Below are positions 20,713 to 30,008 of a stretch of 64,000 nucleotides of DNA, piece by piece. This stretch comes from an uncultured Methanosarcinales archaeon. Its GTDB lineage: Archaea; Halobacteriota; Methanosarcinia; Methanotrichales; Methanotrichaceae. The translations under genes were made by a program, and so were the position numbers. The stretch spans positions 160,001 to 224,000 of the forward strand of contig CAWJKV010000007.1 in the NCBI GenBank assembly GCA_963843555.1, given 5' to 3'. Each line of letters starts with the position of its first letter. The stretch's first letter is position 1. The notes beneath the pieces were generated by a model that did no database searches, was not told the DNA's origin, and worked only from the letters and a program-made list of their open reading frames with translations.

Positions 20713-20736
20713 TTCATAATTATTCATACTATTATG
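20713..20736 (+). promoter_or_regulatory. Conserved 24-bp motif copy 4 (TTCATAATTATTCATACTATTATG) upstream of arylsulfatase
   Basis: Divergent partner of copy 3; followed by gcatctcaaaaa as in copy 2. Confidence 0.85.
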
Positions 20737-20846
20737 AAAGCATCTCAAAAATCTCTATCTACTTCAGTAGTTAACATTGAAATCCTATTAGAATCATGTC
20801 CAAAGAATACGAAAAAATTTGAAATAAAGATGCAAGGAGAATCACA

Positions 20847-23213
20847 ATGGCAACAATCAAGACTTATAAAGACGGAGCGCCGTTCACCGGCGTTATCGGA
20901 CGTACCATAGAGGAATCCTCGCCTGCCTGGCCGGAGCCCCCGCGCTCCGCAGCAGGTGCGCCCAATGTCATCTTCTTCGTGCTGGATGATGTCGGCTACG
21001 GGCAGTTGTCGAGCTTCGGCGGGCTGGTCGAGACTCCCGTGCTTGACAGCCTGGCCAAAAGAGGCCTGCGTTATACCAACATGCATACCACGGCTCTCTG
21101 CTCTCCGTCCCGAGGTTGCATCCTGACCGGCCGGAATCACCACTCGCTCGGGCTTGCATCAATCACCGAGACCTCCACCGGCTACCCCGGCTACAACGGA
21201 ATCATGCCTTTCGATAAGGGCATGCTCAGCGAGATGCTGCTGCAAAAGGGCTACAATACCTTCTTTGCAGGGAAGTGGCATCTCTCGCCTCCTGAACACG
21301 AGACGCCGGCCGGCCCCTATGATCGCTGGCCGCTTGGCCGTGGCTTCGAGCGTTTCTACGGCTTCCTGGGTGGCGACACAAATCAGTGGTACCCGGAACT
21401 GGTCTACGACAATCACTCGGTCGAGCAGCCCTCGCAGCCTGAGGAAGGTTACCACCTGAGCATCGACCTGGCTGATAAAGCCATCCAGTTCATTATGGAT
21501 GCGCATGTCAACGCGCCGGACAAACCTTTCTTCCTGGAATACTCAACAGGCGCCGGTCATGCGCCGCATCACGTTCCAAAAGAGTGGGCAGACAAGTACA
21601 GGGGTAAGTTCGACATGGGCTGGGACGAGTACCGCAAGATCGTCCACCAGCGCCAGATTGAGATGGGTATCGTTCCCAAAGGGACCGAACTTTCTCCGCA
21701 TGACCCAGATATTCCCGTCTGGGATACGCTATCACCAGATGCGAAAAGACTCTTTGCCCGAATGATGGAGGTCTTTGCTGGATTTGTAAGCTTCACCGAT
21801 CATCATTTTGGGCGCGTCGTCAAATTCCTCGAAGAGATCGGCGAGCTGGAGAACACTCTGATCATCGTCATCTCCGACAACGGTGCCAGCGCTGAAGGTG
21901 GCCTGGTCGGATCGCTCAATGAGATGTGCTTCTTTAACAATGTGGCTGAATCGGTTGAGGATAACCTCAAGATGATCGACAAGCTGGGCGGGGTGGAGCT
22001 TTTCAATCACTATGCCTGGGGCTGGACAAATGCAGGTAACACACCGTTCCGCCGCTGGAAACGTGAGACCTACCGGGGCGGCAGCACCGATCCCTGTATA
22101 GTCTTCTGGCCTAAAGGTATAAAGGCCAGGGGAGAGGTGCGCTTGCAGTATGCGCATATCATCGACCTTGTCCCAACGGTCCTGGAGGCACTTGGTCTGG
22201 AAGCTCCGACCAACATCCGGGGCGTGGCCCAGGCACCTATTGAAGGCGTAAGTTTTGCCCATACCTTTAACGACAATGCTGCGCCCAGCCATCACCACAC
22301 CCAGTACTTTGAGATGTTCGGTCACCGCTCCATCTACCATGACGGCTGGCGGGCGGTCTGCCCGTGGCCAGGCACGAGTTTCGTCGAGGCCGCCAAGAAG
22401 GGCCGTCATTTCGGCTCTGTCATCACTAACGAAGTTCTATTGGATATCGAACAAAACGACTGGGAGCTATACAACGTGGCCGAAGACTATTCCGAATCCC
22501 ACAACCTGGCCGCCACGCACCGCAATAAATTGATTGAAATGATAGGTCGATGGTATACTGAAGCGGGCAAGTACAATGTGATGCCGATAGACGGCAGTGT
22601 CATCCAGCGTTTAACTGTGGAACGTCCGACGATATCCAGACCAAGGGACAGGTTTGTCTTCTACCAGAACGGGTCTCCAGTTCCATTTGCTGCAGCGCCC
22701 AAGACATACAACCGCCCATGGTCGATCACAGCCGAAGTAGTGGTCCCAGAGGGTGGCGCCGAGGGCGTTCTAATCGCCCAGGGCGGCCGGACTGGCGGAT
22801 ACACCTTCTTCGTGAAGGATAAGCGACTCCACTTCCTTTACAATTTCCTCAACCGCGATAAATTCTGGCTGCATTCCAACGAGATGGTTCCTGAGGGTGA
22901 AGTCGAACTCCGCTACGAGTTCGAGCCTACCGGAAAACCGGATTTTGCGAAAGGGAAAGGTGTGCCGGCCCGAGGTCAGCTTTACATCAACCGCAAGCTG
23001 GCTGCAAACATCGACATGCCCCATACAGTTCCAATCATGTTCGGGACAGAAGGCCTGACCTGCGGCTACGATGGCGGCGCTCCCGTTGCCCCAGAGGAGT
23101 ACAGCGATACATTCCCCTTCACAGGGACTATCAGCCGGGTCACCCTGGACCTATCAGGAGAGTTGATCAAGGATGCTGAAGCCGATCTGAAGGTGGCAAT
23201 GGCCCGGCAGTAA
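20847..23213 (+). CDS. Cys-type arylsulfatase with C-terminal LamG-like domain
   Basis: LDDVG, LCSPSRG (CxPxR formylglycine motif), GKWHL, SDNG; no signal peptide. Confidence 0.92.
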   Translation: MATIKTYKDGAPFTGVIGRTIEESSPAWPEPPRSAAGAPNVIFFVLDDVGYGQLSSFGGLVETPVLDSLAKRGLRYTNMHTTALCSPSRGCILTGRNHHSLGLASITETSTGYPGYNGIMPFDKGMLSEMLLQKGYNTFFAGKWHLSPPEHETPAGPYDRWPLGRGFERFYGFLGGDTNQWYPELVYDNHSVEQPSQPEEGYHLSIDLADKAIQFIMDAHVNAPDKPFFLEYSTGAGHAPHHVPKEWADKYRGKFDMGWDEYRKIVHQRQIEMGIVPKGTELSPHDPDIPVWDTLSPDAKRLFARMMEVFAGFVSFTDHHFGRVVKFLEEIGELENTLIIVISDNGASAEGGLVGSLNEMCFFNNVAESVEDNLKMIDKLGGVELFNHYAWGWTNAGNTPFRRWKRETYRGGSTDPCIVFWPKGIKARGEVRLQYAHIIDLVPTVLEALGLEAPTNIRGVAQAPIEGVSFAHTFNDNAAPSHHHTQYFEMFGHRSIYHDGWRAVCPWPGTSFVEAAKKGRHFGSVITNEVLLDIEQNDWELYNVAEDYSESHNLAATHRNKLIEMIGRWYTEAGKYNVMPIDGSVIQRLTVERPTISRPRDRFVFYQNGSPVPFAAAPKTYNRPWSITAEVVVPEGGAEGVLIAQGGRTGGYTFFVKDKRLHFLYNFLNRDKFWLHSNEMVPEGEVELRYEFEPTGKPDFAKGKGVPARGQLYINRKLAANIDMPHTVPIMFGTEGLTCGYDGGAPVAPEEYSDTFPFTGTISRVTLDLSGELIKDAEADLKVAMARQ

Positions 23214-23404
23214 GTCGCTTGAGAGGTACCAAGAAGCATAGGCCTGTATGTCATCCAAAGTGGTCGTCGAAGGATAGCCGTATCGAATCCTGCGCCTGAA
23301 TAATCCCCACCAGGTAATTGTGGAAGCCTGGTGGGGGCGCCTTCATTATAAGGAGGCTCGGCCGATATCGTATGTTATTATTCCGAATTATGCTTCCAAG
23401 GCGC

Positions 23405-23880
23405 ATGAGAAAAACTGAGAAATTTGTACCGGGGATAGGACTCATTCGCGGCTATAACCGAGGTTGGCTTAAGACCGACACGGCCGCAGCAGTCACTGTT
23501 TTCGCCATTCTCGTCCCTTCGGCTCTGGCCTATGGTGAGCTGGCCGTTTCGAGCCGGTGATAGGACTGTATGCAGTTCTGGCCGCCATGGTCGCATATGC
23601 GCTCTTTGGCAGTTCAAGGCAGGTCATCATTGGGCCTGAGGCGACAACTGCTATCCTGGTGGCAACTATAGTCTGGCCGTTGGCTGGCGGAGATGTTGCC
23701 CGTTATGCCGCCCTGGAGGCGGCTCTGGCCATATCCATCGACTTCTTATGTCTTCTTGCGGGCCACTACAAGATCAGTTTTGTGGCAGATTTTCTCTCAA
23801 AGCCCATCCTCACAGGTACATAACCGGGACCGCCCTGATAGTAATCGCCAGCCAGTTGGGCAAGCTTTTCGGCATCTCAA
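23405..23880 (+). pseudogene. Truncated, frameshifted SulP transporter N-terminal fragment
   Basis: VPSALAYGELA / GLYA / YALFGSSRQVIIGP / DFLSKPILTG, then homology ends. Confidence 0.75.
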
Positions 23881-23974
23881 GAATGCTGAGCATCAAGGAC
23901 AGACCATGCCTGATTCCTGGCCACAACGTTTTGGCCTATACACCCACCCGGCATTCATAGCTCCTGATGTAGCT

Positions 23975-25684
23975 TCAGCGATATTCTGCCAAATAGGCAT
24001 CAGCTCCCTCGCGTACCGAAATGTAGAAATGGTCGGCACCGATGACCTTCTCCAGCCCAGATTTTCGAAGGTATTCCCGCACATCCTTGTTCATGCGAGA
24101 AAAGCGCAGTTCGACATTTGATCTGACCAGTTCGCCATGAAGCTTCTCCAGCATATCAAGGGCAGTGGTATCGATGTCAGAAACGGATTCAAGATCGACG
24201 AGCACCATTCGGACAGTCGGATCCTCTGCCACAAGTGATCTAACTCTATCCCGGAAATTGGGGGCATTGGCAAAGAACAGCAAGCCGTCAAATCGCAGGA
24301 TAAGCAGGCCGGGATAAGTTTCGACCCCGGAGTAGTTATCAATATTCCTGAAAACGTCTTTACCGGGAACTTTTCCCAGGATCACGGTTGATGGCGCTTT
24401 GATCCTTCGTAGCAGCTGTAGAAGCGATAGAAGCACAGCAAACACCAGTCCAGGAAGTATGCCGAGCACCAGCACACCCAGCAAGGCCACAGACGCGGCC
24501 AGATAATCGTCAAACCGGATTCTATGGAGACGGGAGAGCTTCGAGAAGTCGATCAAATGCCACACGGCATGAATGACTATAGCGCCGAGCGTGGCTTCAG
24601 GAAGGTTTTGAAATAGTGGTGTGAGGGCAACAATAGTGATCACCACCATTGCTGCAAAAATAATAGAGGACATCTGGCTCTTGACCCCTGCCTGGTCGGC
24701 GGCCGATGAACGGGACATGCTGCCATCGACCACAAATCCCTGACTGAGGCCTGCTCCAAGGTTGGCAAAGCCAAGGGCAACCATCTCCTGGTTGGAATCC
24801 ACCTCATATCCGTGGTTGGTGGCATAAGACCGTGCAATAGCCACCGATTCCGAAAATGCCACCAGCACGATTCCGGCAGCTCCTGGCAAAAGCATTACCA
24901 GTTCTGAAAATGTAATACCTGATGGCAGTCCGAATGAAGGCAGTCCTGTTGGGATGTATCCCACGACCTGAACCCCATGCGCCTCTAAATTTAAGAGAGA
25001 TGACGCCAATATGCTCAGCACCATGACTGCCAGAGCAGCCGGTATTTTCGGAACGAATTTGTGGATGGCAAAGAGCAGGACCAGGCTGATAATGCCAACG
25101 GAAAGTGTTGGAATATGGGCCAGGCCCAGGTCACGGATGAAGAACCATAGCTCTTGAAAAAAGCCTGCACTTTCAACGCTGTAACCGAGCATTTTGTCCA
25201 GCTGGCCGGCCACAATGGTCAAAGCCAGCCCTATTATAAAGCCGGTCAGGACCGGATTGGACATGAAATCGACCAGAACTCCAAAGCGCAGCAGCCCGGA
25301 TGCGACCAAAAGGACTCCGACCAGAATAGCCAGTACAGCTGCCAGGATGACAAACCGCTCCGGGTCGCCGGTCGCCACTGGAGCCAACACCAGCGCAGAC
25401 ATGATGGCCACAGTGGAACTGGGACCAACTGTCATGTGACGTGAGGTGCCGAAGATGGCATAGCCGAGCGCAGCCAGCGGAGCGGCATAGAGTCCTGCTT
25501 CAGGCGGAACTCCCGCGAGCGATGCATAAGCCATTCCTTCCGGCACGAACATCGCCCAAACCGTCAGAGCAGCCACCAAATCCCAGCGCAGCCAGGATCT
25601 GTCGTATCTTGGCAGCCAACTTAGAATAGGAAGAAAGGATTTGATTGATGACCTGGGTCGATGATTTTGTGGCTTTTCGGACAT
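23975..25684 (-). CDS. SulP family anion permease with STAS domain
   Basis: VPEGMAYASLAG, GLYA, DSNQEMVALG, GSMSRS; STAS RFDGLLFFAN, DIDTT. Confidence 0.92.
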   Translation of the reverse strand: MSEKPQNHRPRSSIKSFLPILSWLPRYDRSWLRWDLVAALTVWAMFVPEGMAYASLAGVPPEAGLYAAPLAALGYAIFGTSRHMTVGPSSTVAIMSALVLAPVATGDPERFVILAAVLAILVGVLLVASGLLRFGVLVDFMSNPVLTGFIIGLALTIVAGQLDKMLGYSVESAGFFQELWFFIRDLGLAHIPTLSVGIISLVLLFAIHKFVPKIPAALAVMVLSILASSLLNLEAHGVQVVGYIPTGLPSFGLPSGITFSELVMLLPGAAGIVLVAFSESVAIARSYATNHGYEVDSNQEMVALGFANLGAGLSQGFVVDGSMSRSSAADQAGVKSQMSSIIFAAMVVITIVALTPLFQNLPEATLGAIVIHAVWHLIDFSKLSRLHRIRFDDYLAASVALLGVLVLGILPGLVFAVLLSLLQLLRRIKAPSTVILGKVPGKDVFRNIDNYSGVETYPGLLILRFDGLLFFANAPNFRDRVRSLVAEDPTVRMVLVDLESVSDIDTTALDMLEKLHGELVRSNVELRFSRMNKDVREYLRKSGLEKVIGADHFYISVREGADAYLAEYR

Positions 25685-25840
25685 CTGATCACTTCTGTCT
25701 TTTTTGATTTTTCAGCTCTCCGAATGGCTGTTGTCTCCCGGATTAAATAGACCAACATCATGATGAGGGCCAGAATCCCTACCAACATCCCATTCTGGGA
25801 GAGCGGAGGCCTATCTCATCCAATAGCTGAAGGATTTATC

Positions 25841-26320
25841 TCAAAGATTCAATCTCCAGAGGGAGTAATTCAAGTAGGCTGCAACGCTTACCCATATAAT
25901 ATAAGGCACAAGCAAGAGCGCCGCCGTTTTGTTTATGGGCCAGAATTTTATGATAGTTATGAGAATCAAGATCCACAGAACGGCAATTACCAGGAGACCG
26001 CTGGCCGGGGATCGGAGGGTGAAAAAAGCCACGTTCCAGAGAACATTGACTACGAGCTGGGCAGCAAAGAAATATAGAGCGGTTCTTGCGGCCGGATTTC
26101 CGGGAACTTCCCGCCAGATAAGAAAAAGAGATACGCCCATTAGAGTGAATAGAATGATCCAGATCAATCCAATAGTCGAGCCGGGTGGCGTAAAAGAGGG
26201 CTTGATAAGAGTAGGATACCAATCGGCTAGAGATCCTGCTGTCAATACCGAGCCTACTATGCCTGCCGTTTGGCATATGATGATGCTCAGAATAAGACGA
26301 AAGAGGTCGTTCTTGTCCAT
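25841..26320 (-). CDS. tspO: TspO/MBR family protein
   Basis: WYPTLIKPSFTPP, LLVPYIIWVSVAAYLN. Confidence 0.9.
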   Translation of the reverse strand: MDKNDLFRLILSIIICQTAGIVGSVLTAGSLADWYPTLIKPSFTPPGSTIGLIWIILFTLMGVSLFLIWREVPGNPAARTALYFFAAQLVVNVLWNVAFFTLRSPASGLLVIAVLWILILITIIKFWPINKTAALLLVPYIIWVSVAAYLNYSLWRLNL

Positions 26321-26583
26321 ATACCAGCCCTCAAAGGAGATAGCCTCTATTTTTCAACTTTAGGTCTTTAAGTTCCAATTAGTTAAATGTTTTGGTGTTT
26401 CTACTTAAATTTAAATTTCTTACCTGAAACCTGCAGAAAAGTTACCATTCCATGCTCTATTGAGGCAAAAACGAGAACCATAAAATTCTCTATAGATGCT
26501 TTGGCCAAGACAGATAAGGGCGCAAAGCCCTGTCAACCGCAGACAATATATACAAAACACCATCTATTATTATGTTGATTCTT

Positions 26584-26952
26584 ATGTTCGAAAATATCTT
26601 AATCGCAACGGATGGATCAGAACACAGTGAGAAAGCTGCAATTGCTGGTATTGAGCTTTCCAAGCTCACAAAGGGAAAGGTCACTGCTATATACGTCGAG
26701 GATCGAGACAAAAAAGGCATTGAGGCTACGGAGCACATAAGAGATTTGGCGAGCAAAGCAGGGATTCCATTTGAGGCAAAGATAGCCAAAGGAAATCCTG
26801 CAAATGAAATATTGAAGTTTGCTGAAGATGCCAAAATGGATATCATAGTCATTGGTAGTATTGGTGTCACAGGTCTAAAAAAATTCATGCTCGGGAGTGT
26901 CGCAGAGAAGGTAGTTCTTCACTCGGGAGTACCAGTAATGACAATCTATTGA
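26584..26952 (+). CDS. Universal stress protein
   Basis: ILIATDGS, GNPANEI, LGSVAEKVV. Confidence 0.92.
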   Translation: MFENILIATDGSEHSEKAAIAGIELSKLTKGKVTAIYVEDRDKKGIEATEHIRDLASKAGIPFEAKIAKGNPANEILKFAEDAKMDIIVIGSIGVTGLKKFMLGSVAEKVVLHSGVPVMTIY

Positions 26953-27157
26953 GGTCTTGGAGAAGAAAGAAGGAGCCCTTAAAGAATGATTTCGGCGTCG
27001 AAATGGGCGGTGAAGGCTTCGACGAGAAGGGAGATGGAGCGGTGCCTGTGAATCGTGGTTCCCCCATTTAGCGCCGGAATATTTCATACAAGAAAAAGCA
27101 TAGCTCCATTATACTAACAGCTAGCAATGCAATTGAGCAGATCCAGAAGGTAGTATC

Positions 27158-28232
27158 ATGAAAAAATTTCGATTGTTAAAGGCCACCCGCCAGAGCACTG
27201 AATACTCCTGCGGGGCATCGGCCCTGCAGGCAGTATTGAGCTACTGGGGAAAAGATCTGGATGAGGAAGAGCTAATGAAGCTGCTCCATACCACTCCTGA
27301 GACCGGGACTTATCCAGAAGATATTGTTAAGGTTGCTCATGAGCTTGGGTTTGATGCCGAGGTTAGGGACAATCTCAATCTAGACGATGTCGAGAAATCC
27401 ACACAAAAAGGATGTCCCGTAATCATTCTGGGTCAGGCCTGGAAAAGCCGGCAAGAAGCGGAAAAAGCCTGGTCGGATGACTGGGAAGATGGTCACTATG
27501 TCGTAATTCTGAAAGTAGATAAGGATTATGTATATTTCGAAGACCCTTATGTGAGATTGGGGAAAGGTTTCATGCCCCGTCAGGCGTTCGAGGAACACTG
27601 GCATAATATTGCTGGGAAAACACCATCCGATAGATCAAAGCAGATGCACGTAGGGATATTCATCAAAGGAGAGAAACCGGCTAAGCCCCAGTCGTTGAGG
27701 CAAATCGACACTTCAAAGCTGGATCTTGAAAAGATTCCTCCTCTGCAGCTTATTGTCGTTACCTTCAAGGGGGAGATATTGCCGTATGATTTCATTAAAG
27801 AGGTAAGACCTATTGCTGAATCCGGGCTTATCAGGCCGGCAGCGTACTTTGTCTTGCGCAAAGACAAAGATGGAAAATTAACGGCAATTGAAGGGGGCAA
27901 CTTGCAGGAAGAAGAAGAGATGATAGAAATTGATGCTCTGATAGCAGTGATGGCAGGTCTGCGCCTGGGCGAACGAGTAAATATCAAAGTCAGAGAAGAG
28001 AATGCCAGAGAGAGATGCATCCAGAGGAGATTTTGGGCTGCCTGCAGAAGATTTGGTGAGAATAGGGGAGAGGCTACCTGAAAACTCCTCGGCTTTAATC
28101 CTGCTCTTAGAGCATCTCTGGGCAAAGAAATTTAAGGATGCGGTCGCCAATTACGGCGGCGTCATAGTTAATAATGAGATGATTAAAGCGGACACGCTGG
28201 CCGGCTTATCGAAAAAGCTTTCTAAAGATTAA
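27158..28232 (+). CDS. C39-like cysteine peptidase fused to a DUF1269-like domain (frameshift near 28000)
   Basis: QSTEYSCG, GHYVV, EDP. The C-half aligns with 19991..20512, including SSALILLLEHLWAK in the shifted frame. Confidence 0.75.
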
Positions 28233-28256
28233 TTCAAATAATTTCGTGGTGGCAAA

Positions 28257-29138
28257 ATGCAAAAAGAGATTGGCTCAGGTATTTGGCAGTTTTCCGGAAA
28301 TCTTCCCGGAACCCATATCGTGGTGCTGGGTGGAGTGCACGGAGATGAAAAGACCGGTATTATTTGCGTAAAAAATTTGTATGATATGTTTGCCTCCGAC
28401 GAAAAGAGGGTGGACCGGGGAAAACTGACATTGATTTTGGGAAATGAAGAAGCCATCAAAATTGGCAAACGAGCAACGACTCCTGAGAACAATCTCAACC
28501 GCATGTTCTCGGATAAACATCTGAATGGGCCCATTCTGGACTTCTACGAATCCCGCCGGGCTCATGAGCTGGCTCCGATTCTCAGGTCTGCTGATATATC
28601 ACTTGATATTCACTCTACTTCTGTGCAAACCATTCCCTTTTTGCCATGCGCTTTTTCACCCCGCCACGAATTGGTCTATAGGTGGTTTGATGCTGATATC
28701 GTGCTCTCGGACCCGGATTTTGTCCTTGGCGGCGTTCGTTCCACTACTGACGAATATGTTGATCATTCTGGCGGCATTGGCATCTGCTTTGAAACCGGCT
28801 TTGCCAACGATACCAGCCGCTTGCCAGCCGTAACAAATGGCGTCTTGAATATTCTGGCCGATCAGAAATTAACTGAAGTGCCAGCATCGTTTGCGCCGCC
28901 CCAGCCTACCTACAGCGTCTACCGACTCGTAAGGAAGATAGTCCTCACAAAAGCAGGTTTTGCTTTCGTCAAAGGTTTTCCTCAATCATTCCAGGAAGTC
29001 AAAAAGGGGGAATTGATCGGATACCACGGCAGTATTCCAGAGGCTGCTGAGGAAGACGGAGTGATCGTTTTTCCAAGAGCCGCCGATCAATGGAAGATGG
29101 GTCATGATATCTTCTTTCTGGCCAGAAAAATTAAATAG
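28257..29138 (+). CDS. Succinylglutamate desuccinylase/aspartoacylase family (M14-like) protein
   Basis: GGVHGDE, NLNR, LDIHS, FETG. Confidence 0.85.
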   Translation: MQKEIGSGIWQFSGNLPGTHIVVLGGVHGDEKTGIICVKNLYDMFASDEKRVDRGKLTLILGNEEAIKIGKRATTPENNLNRMFSDKHLNGPILDFYESRRAHELAPILRSADISLDIHSTSVQTIPFLPCAFSPRHELVYRWFDADIVLSDPDFVLGGVRSTTDEYVDHSGGIGICFETGFANDTSRLPAVTNGVLNILADQKLTEVPASFAPPQPTYSVYRLVRKIVLTKAGFAFVKGFPQSFQEVKKGELIGYHGSIPEAAEEDGVIVFPRAADQWKMGHDIFFLARKIK

Positions 29139-29203
29139 TAAGGCTGCATCAATTCAATCAACTTGCTATAACTCTTGAGGATAAGCGGTAAGATGGAAAA
29201 TAT

Positions 29204-29962
29204 ATGATATTCCCTCTGATTTGGATAGCGATAATTCTAATTATCCTGGCAATTGTTTTAAGCCTCCTGGGCATCAACCGCATTCCTCCTCGAATAAAGG
29301 AAACCAGAATCGCAAGGCTGATTTTGAGGAATACAACCTTAGGTGACAGGCTATGCGAGATATTCTATGGAGTCACCATGGTTACCGTGGTAAGCGGCAT
29401 GGTAAATGTCGAAGCCTCAGGCTATGAGAACATAATGGCTGCCCTGCTCATCGTTTCCCTGGGCGTAAATATCACCTGGGGAATAATTGATGGAGCGACT
29501 TCCGTTTATGGCGGTCTGGTAGATAAGGCTGAAGAAGACAGGTTAGTAAATTCGCTGAGAACGGACAGGAATAATAAGGACAGGGAATCCGCCTCTGAAA
29601 TCCTCCAGGGGACCATTCTCAGGAGCTTGAGCCAGGAAGATCAATCCAAAGTCGTTGACATGCTCCAGGCGGGAACGGCCGAAAAGCCCGGCAAATATGG
29701 TGCCTCAAGCGAAGACTTTAAAATGTTTCTGGCAATTTTCTCGATGGATTTCATAACCGTCTTTCCCGTGATAATTCCATTCTATGTCCTGAAAGATCCT
29801 CAATCGGCGCTGTTCTGGTCGCACTTCATAGCCATTCTCCTCTTCGTGATAATAGGAATGGCCTGGGCGAAATACTTGAACAAAAATATGATTAGAGCCG
29901 GTTTAGCTCTGGGAGTATTGGCGATAGCGACCATCTCCATTACATATTACTTTGGCTGGTGA
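29204..29962 (+). CDS. VIT1/CCC1-like membrane protein
   Basis: RLCEIFYG, NITWGIIDG, FPVIIPF and TM pattern. Confidence 0.55.
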   Translation: MIFPLIWIAIILIILAIVLSLLGINRIPPRIKETRIARLILRNTTLGDRLCEIFYGVTMVTVVSGMVNVEASGYENIMAALLIVSLGVNITWGIIDGATSVYGGLVDKAEEDRLVNSLRTDRNNKDRESASEILQGTILRSLSQEDQSKVVDMLQAGTAEKPGKYGASSEDFKMFLAIFSMDFITVFPVIIPFYVLKDPQSALFWSHFIAILLFVIIGMAWAKYLNKNMIRAGLALGVLAIATISITYYFGW

Positions 29963-30008
29963 TGGTGTAATATCGAATAAAAAATAGATATGCAGATCGC
30001 TGCTTTAA

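Noticed and set aside
6506..20736. CRISPR repeats as the explanation of the 24-bp motif
   Set aside because: Copies are dispersed, on both strands and without spacers or cas genes.
27081..27105. Sixth copy of the 24-bp motif upstream of the C39 gene
   Set aside because: Only TTCATAC matches; the other half-sites are missing.
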